The notes under the pieces are model-generated. The model ran no database searches, was not told the origin of the DNA, and saw nothing but the letters and a program-made list of their open reading frames with translations. From assembly GCA_038230375.1 (NCBI GenBank), contig JBBRNJ010000042.1:1-64000 (forward strand): 64,000 bases of DNA. The letters run 5' to 3'. Positions 20,154-30,321 of the stretch are shown piece after piece. A program made the position numbers and the translations under genes. Position 1 is the stretch's first letter. The number at the start of each line of letters is the position of its first letter. Source of the stretch: Polyangiales bacterium. GTDB lineage: Bacteria; Myxococcota_A; Polyangia; Polyangiales; Polyangiaceae.

Positions 20154-21191
20154 TTGAACGCCTCAGTCAGACGCCTCTTGTACGCGCTCATCGTGCTCAT
20201 GACCCTCGTGGGCGCGGGATCGCTTGGCTACTACGTCGTCGGCCACGGGCGGTGGACGCTCGCCGACTGCGCGTACATGACGGTGATCACGCTCTCCACG
20301 GTTGGCTTCCAGGAGCTCTCCAAGATGAACGAGGTGCCCGGCGCCCGGCCGATCACCATCGCACTCATCGTGAGCGGTGTCGGAACGCTCGCGTACGTCC
20401 AAGGTAACCTCACGGCTCTCCTCGTCGAGGGCGTCATCGGCCAAGCGCTGCGGAGAAATCGAATGCGAAAACAGGTCGAGAGCCTGAGGGATCATGTCGT
20501 GGTCGCGGGCGCGGGCGCGACGGGGCGGCACGTCATCGAAGAGCTCCATGCCACGAAGACTCCATTCGTGGTGATCGACACGAATCTGGAGCACCTGAAC
20601 AAGATCTCCGAGGAGATCACGGACGGGAAGCTCCTCTACGTCCACGGCGACGCCACGGATGATCACACGCTGATCGCCGCGAATATCGTCGCCGCGAAGG
20701 GCGTGGTCGCAGCACTCACGCACGACAAGGACAACCTCTTCGTGACGCTGAGTGTGCGGTCGCTCAACGCGCAGGCGCGCATCGTGGCAAAGATCATCGA
20801 CGACCATTCCGGCCCCAAGATGCTGAAGGCCGGCGCGACCTCCACCGTCAACCCGACGATGATCGGCGGGCGCCGCATGGTGAGTGAGCTCATTCGCCCC
20901 GAGGTGACCGAGTTCATGGATCAGATGCTGCGCGACAAGGACAAGGCGCTGCGTCTGTCGGAGGTCGTGATACGCGAGGGCTCCAAGTTCGCTGGCGTCC
21001 AGCTGAAGGACGCCCCCATCCGCCGCGAGACCAGGCTGCTCGTGGTGGCGATCCGCGGCGTCGATCGCAAGTTCACGTACAACCCGGAACCAGACATGGT
21101 GCTCGAGGCCGGAACGACGCTGATCGTGCTGGGAGAAGCCGACAGCGTCAATCGCCTGCAGAAGATCGTGGATGGGGAAGGGGAAGGGTAG
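20154..21191 (+). CDS. Potassium channel with RCK (TrkA-N/C) domains
   Basis: Two TM helices around TLSTVGF; GAGATG Rossmann motif; GDAT; TrkA-C tail. Confidence 0.9.
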   Translation: MNASVRRLLYALIVLMTLVGAGSLGYYVVGHGRWTLADCAYMTVITLSTVGFQELSKMNEVPGARPITIALIVSGVGTLAYVQGNLTALLVEGVIGQALRRNRMRKQVESLRDHVVVAGAGATGRHVIEELHATKTPFVVIDTNLEHLNKISEEITDGKLLYVHGDATDDHTLIAANIVAAKGVVAALTHDKDNLFVTLSVRSLNAQARIVAKIIDDHSGPKMLKAGATSTVNPTMIGGRRMVSELIRPEVTEFMDQMLRDKDKALRLSEVVIREGSKFAGVQLKDAPIRRETRLLVVAIRGVDRKFTYNPEPDMVLEAGTTLIVLGEADSVNRLQKIVDGEGEG

Positions 21192-21194
21192 ACG

Positions 21195-21587
21195 TCAGCA
21201 CGTTGTCCCGATCGCCAGCAGCCCAAGGGCTAGCACTGCGTAGGCGACCGCTCCCGCCGCGCACACCAGGGACAGCATTGCCTTCGGTAGGTTCGGTTCG
21301 CCGATCACCCTGAGCAGGATCGCCGGCGTGGCGGGGACCGCAAACCCCAGGAACGCGAAGGCGATGATCCCGAGCTGGTCCCCGAGCGTGTGCGTCACGC
21401 TGGTCGGCGTGCACTGCTGCCCAGTGATCGCGAGCATCCCCAGCACGATGAGCATCATCGGCACCCCAGACAAGATGAGCGCCGCCAGCGACAACGCGCG
21501 GACGATCGCGACGCCCCTGCCCATCGTGCTGTCCCCATCCACAACCCCGCCCATGACCCAGCCCTCCCCCTCCACCAACCCCACCAT
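21195..21587 (-). CDS. Small hypothetical membrane protein (start uncertain)
   Basis: Three hydrophobic segments; alternative ATGs at 21554 and 21524. Confidence 0.55.
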   Translation of the reverse strand: MVGLVEGEGWVMGGVVDGDSTMGRGVAIVRALSLAALILSGVPMMLIVLGMLAITGQQCTPTSVTHTLGDQLGIIAFAFLGFAVPATPAILLRVIGEPNLPKAMLSLVCAAGAVAYAVLALGLLAIGTTC

Positions 21588-21590
21588 CGT

Positions 21591-21684
21591 ACCTCAACCC
21601 CGACCTCAACCCTGACCTCAACCTCGACCTCAACCCCGACCTCGACCTCGACCTCAACCTCGACCTCGACCTCAACCTCAACCT
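21591..21684. repeat. Hexamer tandem repeat ACCTC(A/G), about 15.7 copies
   Basis: Units acctca and acctcg with accccg/accctg variants, read directly. Confidence 0.95.
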
Positions 21685-21884
21685 GGGGACCAGCGCGGGC
21701 GGACTTCTGGACGTACACCTGCGAGGTGAACAATTGACAGCGTTTTCGCCATCAATGCCGTGATTTCCGCATCATTGTACACCTGACAGGTGTACCTCCG
21801 GAGGGGCGGTTCTGGAGGAGCCCCCGTCCGTCGCGCGCCGTCCCGCCGTCCTGTCGCGCCGTGCCGCTGCGCGGTGCGCGCCCG

Positions 21885-23717
21885 TTACGCCGCGATCCCT
21901 CGCGCCCGCAGCACTTCTCGCAGGGCCTGCTGCACCGGCGCTGCGACGCCGCCCATCTCCGAGCGGGCAAGGTCCACGAACTTCATGCCCTTCGTTCGCT
22001 TGAGGCTTTCCAGTGCGGCGACGCGATCCTGCGGCGCGCCGTGCTCCAGGATGCCAAGCATGAACTCCGCCGCTTCGAGCGTGTCCACGCGTGCGAGCGC
22101 TGACAGCGCGGCTGCTCGGATGGGCGCTTGCGGCGCCTCGCGGACGATGCGTGCGAGTGGATCGAACGCGTGCTGGAAGTAGAGCATCTCCACCGCGCGC
22201 GCGGCCTGCTGGAGGACCTGCGGATCTTGCTCCTTCAGCGCGGCGCGCACCGTCACGAAGCTGCGCTTGAAGAAGAGCGTCTTCATCGCCTCGAGCACGG
22301 CGATCTTCACCTGCTTCTCTGGCCGCGCGAAGAGCGCCTCGAGCGGCGATAGCACGTTGTAGAGCTGGAGCTGGGCGAGCTGCGCCGCCAGCCGCGCGCG
22401 CGCCGCCACCGTGGCCGCACTGGAGTCCTCCGGATGATTCTCCACCGCGAACGCGGTGAGCCTGGCGAGCATCGCCTTGCGTCGCACCACGTCCGGCCAG
22501 CGCTTGTCCGTGAGGACGTCGGCGCAGGCCTCCGCGGCGCTTCCGCGCTGCTCCCACTCGATGAGGTCCACGTGCCAGACCTCCGGGAAGCTGTTGTCTT
22601 GCCGAAGGTGCGAGGGCAGGGGAGCTGCGTCGAGCGGCTCGTCGCGCACACCCTGGTAGCGGGTGGCGGCGCGGATGTAGTGCGCCTTGCGCGCAGACTC
22701 CAGGTCCATGCCGCCGAGCTCCTCGTAGAGCTTGCCGACGCGCGTGAACTGCCCCATCTCACCGAACGCGAGGATGGCCGCGAGGATGGCGTTCTCTGCG
22801 ATCTCTGCAGGAGCGCCGCGCGCGATGTGCTGCCGCGCCACGTCGCGCCACAGCTCCGCCTGCACCACCGTGTAGTGCGCCCCTGCGGCCGTCATGCCGA
22901 GCGCGCGTGCGTAGTCCGCGGCTTCGCGCGCGATGGTCGCAGCGGCGGAGAGCTCGCCCTTTTCCTTCGCGGCGGCCAGCGCGTCCTCGAAGTACTGCAG
23001 CGCAAAGTACTTCAGGTGATCCTCTTTCAGGATGCGGATGCAGTTGACGAAGCCCTCGAGCACGTCCTCGAACTGGCCGCTCTCACGGCCGATCTGCACG
23101 AGCACCTGGAAGCAGTCGAACGCGCGCTCGCGCTGGCCGATCGACTCGAAATGATCCGCGGCCTCTTCGAGCAGGCGCACGGCGGCGACCATGGCCTCAC
23201 GCGTCTGGCGCACGTCCTTGCACTTCTTCGCGCAGCGCGAGAGGTTGAAGTGGATGAGCGCGCCGTTGTACGCGTCCGCGCCGTTCGTGGACACGTTCGA
23301 GAGGCGCGACCACAGCGCGCGCGCCCCCGCAAAGTCCCCTGCCTTCTCGCGGTAGATCGCGGCAGCAGCAACCAGGCCTGCGTTCTCCATCTCGCGCGCG
23401 GCGCCCGCATTGTCGCCCGCGGCGGCAAGCGTTCGCGCGCGGTCCACCGGCGGTACGTTCGCGAGCATCGCCTGTGCACGGGTGAAGCCGTTCGGCTCGT
23501 TCGTGGCCAGGTACCAGAAGACCGTGAGCGCGGAGCGCGCGTCGCGGCGCTGGATCAGCACGTCCACCAGCGGGCGCAGCACCGTCACGTAGTCGTGCTC
23601 GGCCACGTGCGTCTGCTGCGCGGCCGCCACGAGGGAGTTCACGGCGTCGTTGAGATCGCCGCGCGACATGGCCGCCTTGGCGCGTTCGCGCAGCTGGTAG
23701 AGGTCGTCGACGCTCAT
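21885..23717 (-). CDS. Helical-repeat (TPR/HEAT-like) hypothetical protein
   Basis: 610 aa, Ala-rich amphipathic repeats, HEAT-like C-terminus. Confidence 0.8.
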   Translation of the reverse strand: MSVDDLYQLRERAKAAMSRGDLNDAVNSLVAAAQQTHVAEHDYVTVLRPLVDVLIQRRDARSALTVFWYLATNEPNGFTRAQAMLANVPPVDRARTLAAAGDNAGAAREMENAGLVAAAAIYREKAGDFAGARALWSRLSNVSTNGADAYNGALIHFNLSRCAKKCKDVRQTREAMVAAVRLLEEAADHFESIGQRERAFDCFQVLVQIGRESGQFEDVLEGFVNCIRILKEDHLKYFALQYFEDALAAAKEKGELSAAATIAREAADYARALGMTAAGAHYTVVQAELWRDVARQHIARGAPAEIAENAILAAILAFGEMGQFTRVGKLYEELGGMDLESARKAHYIRAATRYQGVRDEPLDAAPLPSHLRQDNSFPEVWHVDLIEWEQRGSAAEACADVLTDKRWPDVVRRKAMLARLTAFAVENHPEDSSAATVAARARLAAQLAQLQLYNVLSPLEALFARPEKQVKIAVLEAMKTLFFKRSFVTVRAALKEQDPQVLQQAARAVEMLYFQHAFDPLARIVREAPQAPIRAAALSALARVDTLEAAEFMLGILEHGAPQDRVAALESLKRTKGMKFVDLARSEMGGVAAPVQQALREVLRARGIAA

Positions 23718-23817
23718 CTGGAGGCCATCCTAGAGGTGTTTTGCCCGCAGATCGCCATCCAGGACGCGTATTTCGGATTTCTTCGCAACCCGGTGGCGGA
23801 CCGGCCGATGGGAGCGC

Positions 23818-24711
23818 ATGCACACCAACGCCGCATCCCTTGCCCTTTCCGTCGTCTTCGTCGCCGCTGCATCGATCCTCACGGTCGCCTGCGGCTCTTC
23901 GGACCCCGAGCGCGCACATGCGACGCTTCCGCCCGGCGCGGCTGCCCCGGCGCCGTCCGCGACCAACCCCTCGGACCCCAGCGCGCCTCCCGCTGCTGCG
24001 CCCACGCCTGCTGCCGCGCAGGATGCCGGTGCCGACGCCGCCCCCGTCGCGGACTTCGGCTGGGTCGTGGGTACGTTCACGCTCGACGAGTACATGGGCT
24101 CCCACCCGCTCCGCACCAACGTTCTGACGCTCGCCAAGGACGGCACGGGCTCCTTCGAGGTGCGTCCGCCCGCATGGACGAACCCGACCCCCGACCAGAT
24201 CCAGCACACGGACCTTGCGTGGACGACCGACGGAAAGTCGATCACCGCTGGCAACACCGTCTACCCGATCTTCGCCGTGTCGGCGAACTGTCGCACGGTC
24301 ATGATGGATGACGGTCACGATCAGTGGACCCACGTCCTTGGTGGTGCGCCGTGCCCGACGTCACCCGCGGCGCTCACCGCCGTCGAGGCGGCCCACACGG
24401 GTACCTGGCGCTACAAGGAAGCCGACCACGGCCTCTTCACGGGCCAGCTGCTCGAGCTGCAGATGGACGCCGACCGCTTCTACCGCATCACGATCCAGCC
24501 GACGATGTACACGCAGAACAACCCGCCGAACGAGACCCAGATCTTCGACAGCTACTTCTCGATCGATGGCAAGGGCATCATCCACGGTACGCGCCCCGAT
24601 GGTCAGGAGAACAACACCATGTGGCAGCTCAACGACGACGCCAATGGCGTCCAGGTCTGCAGCTATGGGTCCGGGGCGACCTCCACCTGCTTCCCCATGA
24701 CGAAGCAGTGA
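23818..24711 (+). CDS. Hypothetical lipoprotein
   Basis: Lipobox TVAC, Pro/Ala linker, two beta-rich Cys-containing domains. Confidence 0.8.
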   Translation: MHTNAASLALSVVFVAAASILTVACGSSDPERAHATLPPGAAAPAPSATNPSDPSAPPAAAPTPAAAQDAGADAAPVADFGWVVGTFTLDEYMGSHPLRTNVLTLAKDGTGSFEVRPPAWTNPTPDQIQHTDLAWTTDGKSITAGNTVYPIFAVSANCRTVMMDDGHDQWTHVLGGAPCPTSPAALTAVEAAHTGTWRYKEADHGLFTGQLLELQMDADRFYRITIQPTMYTQNNPPNETQIFDSYFSIDGKGIIHGTRPDGQENNTMWQLNDDANGVQVCSYGSGATSTCFPMTKQ

Positions 24712-24724
24712 GCGGCAGACGTGC

Positions 24725-25555
24725 CTAGGTGGGCGGGATGCTGGTGCGGTCTTGCGCCGCGGCTTCTCGTCTTCGCTTCGGGAACGTGATCGCCGTCTCG
24801 ATGAGGCCGATCGCCACGTAGAAGAAGAGGAGCCACGGCAACACGAACTCGGGCCGCGTCTGGAGCGAGATGACCGCGCTGGAGCCCACGGCGAACGCGA
24901 CCAGCAACACGGAGCGCGCGTTGAGCTTCAGGTCCTTGAAGGAGCGGAAGCGGATGGTGCTCACCATCAGGAACGCCAGGAACACGGTGAGCACGCACAT
25001 GGGCACGATGTACTTGGGCCCCGACAGATCGCCCTGGACCGCGTGGTTCACGACGATGAGCGACACCAGGATGCCCGCCGCACCCGGCACGACCAACCCG
25101 ACGATGTACTTGCCGGGCTTCTGTGGCTGGCCGCTCTCGCCCATGGAGAGCACATTGAAGCGTGCAAGCCGCACCGCGCCAGCGCCCGCGAAGATGAACG
25201 CGCAGATGAGCCCGGCGACTGGCTTCTGGTAGAGCGACCACTTGTAGACGAGCAGGGCCGGCGCCACGCCGAACGAGATCACGTCCGCGAGCGAGTCGAT
25301 CTGGAGGCCGAACGCGCTCTGCGTCTTCGTGAGACGTGCCACGCGGCCGTCCAGCATGTCGAAGAACAGCGCGTACACGATGAGGAGCGCGGCGCGATAG
25401 TAGTCGTCGTCGCCGGTGGCCTCCGCACTGTGGCGGATCGAATCGAACCCGCAGAAGATGCTGGAGAGCGTGATCATGTTCGGAAGAAGGAACAGGGTCT
25501 TCCGGAGGTCCAGTTTGCGGCGGGGTTGCGGCACGGCTCGCCGAATGTGACCCAA
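24725..25555 (-). CDS. pssA: CDP-diacylglycerol--serine O-phosphatidyltransferase
   Basis: LPNMIT, DMLDGRVAR...FG...DSLADVISFGVAP and RLARFN motifs. Confidence 0.92.
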   Translation of the reverse strand: MGHIRRAVPQPRRKLDLRKTLFLLPNMITLSSIFCGFDSIRHSAEATGDDDYYRAALLIVYALFFDMLDGRVARLTKTQSAFGLQIDSLADVISFGVAPALLVYKWSLYQKPVAGLICAFIFAGAGAVRLARFNVLSMGESGQPQKPGKYIVGLVVPGAAGILVSLIVVNHAVQGDLSGPKYIVPMCVLTVFLAFLMVSTIRFRSFKDLKLNARSVLLVAFAVGSSAVISLQTRPEFVLPWLLFFYVAIGLIETAITFPKRRREAAAQDRTSIPPT

Positions 25556-25634
25556 GATCGGCCTCTCGTAAAGGTTCCGGTGAAAAGTTGGCTCGTTTGG
25601 GCTGACCGTCCTACCCTTTCACTGAGGCTCCAAG

Positions 25635-26510
25635 ATGCTGATAAAGCGGCCAGACGAGAGGGGTAATGCGCTGTGGGCCGCTGCTTGCGTGCTTGGGATC
25701 ATGTCCGCGGCCTGCGCCCATGAAGGCGCCCAGGACAAGCAGCTGACCCAGCTCCGCGACGCCCTCACGAAGGACGAGCAGGATCACGACAAGAAGGAGC
25801 CACCGATCCCCGCATCGGACGAGCCGCTCATCGACCCCAGGAAGGACGCGAACGCCCGACCCACGCCGCCCAAGGGGGATGGTCAGAAGGATTCGCGGAT
25901 CGTCCAGCTCTCGAAGGACGTCGGCGACGAGTCCGGTGGAGAGCCCACCTCCGACGATCCCGACGATACGACACCGCGGCCGGCGATCCGCGTCGCAGGT
26001 GGTGGCGCACCATCGCCCGTGGTCCGCGCCCCACGTGGTCGTGGCGCGAAAGATCAGCTCAATGCTCCCTTCGCGGATGACATCAATGCGCCCGCGACTC
26101 CGCCCGCGGCCGGCCCCGAGGCGCGGGCCGCCTACGACGCTGCCCGCAACCTGATGACGCAGCGCAAGTACAAGGAGGCGCTGGACGGCTTCACTGCGTT
26201 CCTCGTGAAGTACCCCGATCATCCCATGGCGGACAACGCCATGTTCTGGCGCGGCGATTGTTACTTCTCGCTCGGTGACTTCCCGCATGCGGAGCAGGAG
26301 CTTGGCGGTGCGCTCGCGCGCTTCCCGCAGGGCATCAAGGCGCCCGACACGTTGCTGAAGCTCGGAATGACGGAAGACAAGCTCGGTCAGCCCGACAAGG
26401 CGCGCGCTTACTACGACAAGTTGCAGAAGGAATTCCCCAAGAGCGACGCAGCGCGCCGCATCCCGGCTTCCGGCGGCTCTGGCCCCAAGGGTCCCAAGGA
26501 GAATCGATGA
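25635..26510 (+). CDS. YbgF/CpoB-like TPR lipoprotein
   Basis: Lipobox SAAC; KYPDHPMADNAMFWRG and KAPDTLLKLG TPR pattern. Confidence 0.8.
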   Translation: MLIKRPDERGNALWAAACVLGIMSAACAHEGAQDKQLTQLRDALTKDEQDHDKKEPPIPASDEPLIDPRKDANARPTPPKGDGQKDSRIVQLSKDVGDESGGEPTSDDPDDTTPRPAIRVAGGGAPSPVVRAPRGRGAKDQLNAPFADDINAPATPPAAGPEARAAYDAARNLMTQRKYKEALDGFTAFLVKYPDHPMADNAMFWRGDCYFSLGDFPHAEQELGGALARFPQGIKAPDTLLKLGMTEDKLGQPDKARAYYDKLQKEFPKSDAARRIPASGGSGPKGPKENR

Positions 26511-27847
26511 AACGCGTGCATGTTGCAGGTATCTTCGCGGTGGTGCTCGCACTTCCGCTGTTCAACGCCAACGTCGCATCCGCGCAGACCGCCGGAGGCG
26601 CGGCAGGCGCAGGTGGTGCTCCTGCAGGCGGAGCTCCCGCGGCCGGAACAATAACACCCGGCGTGACCACGGTCGTGCAAGGGCCGTACGTGCCCGCTGC
26701 TCCCCCGCCTGGCTCGGTCACGGGCGGCGGCAACACCAGCGGCTCGTCGGGCTCGCAGGCCCACAGCGGCAACGACACGGACCATTTCGATCTCGGGCAC
26801 AGCGGGGGCGGCGGCGGCACCGTGCACGGAAGCGACACCGGAAGCTTCGTGCTTGGCGGCCCCACCACGCGCTACTCGGATGCAAACATGCACACGGTGC
26901 GAAGGGGCGACACGCTCTGGGGCATCTGCGACTCGTACTTCAAGAACCCGTACCAGTGGCCGCGGATCTGGTCGTATAACCCGCAGATCCAGAACCCGCA
27001 CTGGATCTACCCGGGCGATCAGGTGAAGCTCAAGGCCGGAGCCGTCGCGCAGGTGACCGCGCCGAACACGTCGGGGCAGACCTTCGTCGATCGCCGGCGT
27101 CAGGTCCCGCCGGATACGATCTTCCTCCGCAACGACGGCTTCGTCGAGGATGAAGCGACGTCCACGTGGGGCGAGATCACCGGCGCGCGCGAAGACAAGA
27201 TGTTCTTGAACGACTTCGACGAGGTCTACATCCGCATCGCGGATGGCCACGAGGTGAAGCTCGGGCAAGAGCTCACCGTCTTCCGTCCGCGGCGCAATGT
27301 TGGCACCGCAAACCTGGTGCAGATCCAGGGAACCGTGCGCATCGACGAGTGGAACGCAAACGAGCATATCGCGCGCGCACGCATCACGGAGACGACAGAC
27401 GTCATCGAGCGTGGCGCATTCGTCGGCCCGATCCTCCGCAAGTACGAGGTCGTTCCGCCGCGCCGCAACGACGTCGACCTCACGGCAAGCGTTCGGACCA
27501 GCGTGCAGACGCACGTCTTCTACGGCCAGAACGCCGTGATCTTCATCGACCACGGTGAGGCTGACGGCCTCAAGCCCGGCAATCGTCTCTTCGTCACGCG
27601 CCAGGGAGACGCGTGGCACAAGACCCAGCCCACACGCACGGCCGCACAGCGCATCGCGCTCGAGCGCGACGACCCGGCGGCAGTGGAGAACATCCCGCGC
27701 CCGCGCGACGAGTCGATCCTTCCAGAGGAGACCGTGGCCGAGATCCGGGTCATCACCGTGCGTCAGCACTCGGCGATGTGCCTCATCACGAACGCGTCGC
27801 GCGAGATCGAGCTCGGCGACATCGCGACCGCCAAGAAAGGGTACTAG
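26507..27847 (+). CDS. LysM peptidoglycan-binding secreted protein
   Basis: Signal peptide; HTVRRGDTLWGI...WPRIWSYNPQIQNPHWIYPG. Confidence 0.9.
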   Translation: MKRVHVAGIFAVVLALPLFNANVASAQTAGGAAGAGGAPAGGAPAAGTITPGVTTVVQGPYVPAAPPPGSVTGGGNTSGSSGSQAHSGNDTDHFDLGHSGGGGGTVHGSDTGSFVLGGPTTRYSDANMHTVRRGDTLWGICDSYFKNPYQWPRIWSYNPQIQNPHWIYPGDQVKLKAGAVAQVTAPNTSGQTFVDRRRQVPPDTIFLRNDGFVEDEATSTWGEITGAREDKMFLNDFDEVYIRIADGHEVKLGQELTVFRPRRNVGTANLVQIQGTVRIDEWNANEHIARARITETTDVIERGAFVGPILRKYEVVPPRRNDVDLTASVRTSVQTHVFYGQNAVIFIDHGEADGLKPGNRLFVTRQGDAWHKTQPTRTAAQRIALERDDPAAVENIPRPRDESILPEETVAEIRVITVRQHSAMCLITNASREIELGDIATAKKGY

Positions 27848-27887
27848 CCCTGGGGGCGCGGACAGCGCCGCCTGCTATCCTTCCATC

Positions 27888-28073
27888 ATGTGCATCATCT
27901 GTGTCGACTTCGAGAAGGGGCGCATGACTACTTCGGAGGCCCGACGGGCTCTTGGCGAGAGGGTCGTGAAGCTGGATCCGGAGCATGTTGCACAGCTGGA
28001 GCGCACACTTCATGACGCTGACTCTGGGACGCCCCAGCAGACCAAGACGAGCACGGCCGGCAAGAAGCCGTGA
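27888..28073 (+). CDS. Small hypothetical protein with N-terminal CxxC
   Basis: MCIICVDFEKGRMT..., 61 aa, fills the gap between two plus-strand genes. Confidence 0.6.
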   Translation: MCIICVDFEKGRMTTSEARRALGERVVKLDPEHVAQLERTLHDADSGTPQQTKTSTAGKKP

Positions 28074-28124
28074 CACCCGTTCGAGCGGGATCCCATCGCC
28101 CACTCCCATGATACTCTTGGCCCC

Positions 28125-30293
28125 GTGAGCGCTCAGGATTCTCCGCAGGTGCCCATCCGCATGAAAGCGGTGGAGCACCTCTACAAGACCAATGTGATCG
28201 CGAAGGCGGACTACCACGCAGTCGCCTATCAGGTCTCAAAGACGAACGCGCGCTCCGAGGAAGTGATCATCAGCACGGGAGTGCTGGACGAGGCGAAGCT
28301 CCTGACCGGGCTTGCCGCCGTCTACAAGGCGCATTTCGTCACAAGCGAGCGCCTTGCCGCTGCGGAGATCCCGCGCCCGATCGTGGAGCTCGTTCCGCGG
28401 GCGCTCGCCGAGAAGCTCCTGATCCTGCCCGTCCACTTTGATGCAGCGAAGAACTTGCTGAGCATCGGCACGCCCGATCCCGAGATCGTCTCCAATCTGG
28501 ACGAGGCGCGGAAGGCCGCAGGCGTGAAGGAGATCCGGGCGTTCATCATGCGCCCGGCGACGGTCCTCGCCGGCATCAAGAAGTTCTACGCAGGTGATGC
28601 CGCGGCCCTGACCGCGCTGCTGCCTGCGCCCACCGCCGCTCCATCTGCTCCCGTTGTCTCTGCGGGACCTGCGCCGCCGGCGACATCCACCGCTCCCGCA
28701 GTCCCGGCACCCGCAGCGCCTGCCCTTGCTCCGCCTCCCATGCGCCCGTTCTCCTTCTCCAGCCCGGGTCCGGAGCCGGGCGGCGATGCGGGGCCTGCAT
28801 CCGGCCGCATCCAGGTAGCGCCGCCCGCGCCCCCCAGCCCCATGGCCACGCATCCCGCCTCGGCGGCCATGAAGGCCGCGCGCCCCATCGCCACTCCCGG
28901 TCCGTCGCCAAGCCCGCTGACGCCTGCCGCTGCGATGCAGCCGCTGCCTGTCTCCCTTGGCACGTCGTCCGCGCACGAGACGCTCGAGCGCTTCCGCAAC
29001 ATCGTGGGACTCATCGAAGGCGGTCGGCAGGAGCTGCGGGGGCACTCCTCGCAGGTCGCGGGCCTCATCTTGCGCCTCGGTGAATACATGGGGCTCGATC
29101 AGAGGACGCTCGACACGCTCGGCCTCGCGGCCATGGTGCACGACCTGGGCAAGCTCGGCCCGCTCCACATCAATGCGCGCGAGGTGAGCACCAGTCCGGA
29201 GCACTCGGACGCAGCGCAGAAGACGTATGATGCGCCTCTGCGCGTGCTGGAGTCGCTGGGGCTCTCGGTGCCCAAGGCGGCGCTCGACATCGTCGCCGCC
29301 ATGTACGAGCGCTTCGACGGCAAGGGGATCCCGAACGGCCTGGCGGGGCAGCGCATCCCGCTCGGCGCGCGGATGCTGGCGGTCGTCGACACCTATGCCG
29401 ATCTCATCCGCGCGTCCCGCCTGCCGGAGCGCAAGGCAATGACTCCGCAAGAGGCGATCGCCGAGCTCGGCAAGCACGGCGCCAAGGCCTTCGATCAGGA
29501 TCTCATCGACAACTTCCGTGGCGCGCTCCTGGGCGGCGGGAGCAAGGAGACGAAGAAGACCAGCTCCAGCACGTGGTCGATCAACATCCATCCGGCGCTG
29601 ATCATCGATGCGAGCCCCGACGAGACCAACGCGCTCGAGTTCGTGATGACGGACCAGGGCTTCGACGTGAAGACCGCGCGCACGCTGGAGCGCGCAAGAG
29701 AGCTGCTCAACGCCAACGAAGGCGGCGGCTTCCACCTTGTCATCAGCGAGCTGGATTTTCCGGACGGAGACGGCCTCACCCTGCTCGAGGAGATCCGCAA
29801 GGAGACCTGGGGCAAGGAGCTCCCGTGGATCGTGCTCACGTCACGCCAGGGCGGACGCGCGGCACAGAAGTCATACTCACATGGCGTGCTGGACTTCATG
29901 GCGAAGCCAATGCCCACGGACCTCATTGTCGCCAAGTCGAAGGCACTGCTCGACAAGGCCATGAAGGATCGCGTCGTGCGGGGCGTGTCGGGAAGCCTCC
30001 AGGAGATGGGGCTCGGCGACATCGTGCAGGTGCTCTTCTACGGCAAGAAGACGGGCAAGCTGACGATCCGCACGAAGACCGCCCAGGGCGAGGTCCACTT
30101 CCTCACCGGGAACATCGCAAACGCAACGTGGGGCGGCATGGCAGGCGTCGACGCCTTCTACGCGATGGTCCGCTTCACCGAGGGCAACTTCGCGTTCGAT
30201 CCAGCCTTCGAGCCGAAGGAGCGATTGATCGAAGAGTCCAACGAAGCGCTGCTGCTCGAGGGCATGCGACGGATGGACGAAGACAATCAGTAA
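28125..30293 (+). CDS. MshEN/T2SSE_N-like + degenerate HD-GYP + receiver + DUF4388 signalling protein
   Basis: N-terminal GspE_N-like domain; HDLGK, ERFDGKGIP, IPLGAR; REC-like domain with KP; GSLQEMGLGDIVQ...LLLEGMRRMDE. Confidence 0.85.
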   Translation: MSAQDSPQVPIRMKAVEHLYKTNVIAKADYHAVAYQVSKTNARSEEVIISTGVLDEAKLLTGLAAVYKAHFVTSERLAAAEIPRPIVELVPRALAEKLLILPVHFDAAKNLLSIGTPDPEIVSNLDEARKAAGVKEIRAFIMRPATVLAGIKKFYAGDAAALTALLPAPTAAPSAPVVSAGPAPPATSTAPAVPAPAAPALAPPPMRPFSFSSPGPEPGGDAGPASGRIQVAPPAPPSPMATHPASAAMKAARPIATPGPSPSPLTPAAAMQPLPVSLGTSSAHETLERFRNIVGLIEGGRQELRGHSSQVAGLILRLGEYMGLDQRTLDTLGLAAMVHDLGKLGPLHINAREVSTSPEHSDAAQKTYDAPLRVLESLGLSVPKAALDIVAAMYERFDGKGIPNGLAGQRIPLGARMLAVVDTYADLIRASRLPERKAMTPQEAIAELGKHGAKAFDQDLIDNFRGALLGGGSKETKKTSSSTWSINIHPALIIDASPDETNALEFVMTDQGFDVKTARTLERARELLNANEGGGFHLVISELDFPDGDGLTLLEEIRKETWGKELPWIVLTSRQGGRAAQKSYSHGVLDFMAKPMPTDLIVAKSKALLDKAMKDRVVRGVSGSLQEMGLGDIVQVLFYGKKTGKLTIRTKTAQGEVHFLTGNIANATWGGMAGVDAFYAMVRFTEGNFAFDPAFEPKERLIEESNEALLLEGMRRMDEDNQ

Positions 30294-30321
30294 AGGCTGA
30301 CGTCGAGCGCGTTGCTCTCGT

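Noticed and set aside
20154..21191. Non-canonical K+ filter TVGFQ
   Set aside because: Filter variants are common in bacterial RCK channels; not enough to claim altered selectivity.
21591..21684. Possible CRISPR array, or a VEVEVE/TSTSTS coding region
   Set aside because: No spacers and no cas genes; the overlapping ORFs are low-complexity by-products of the repeat.
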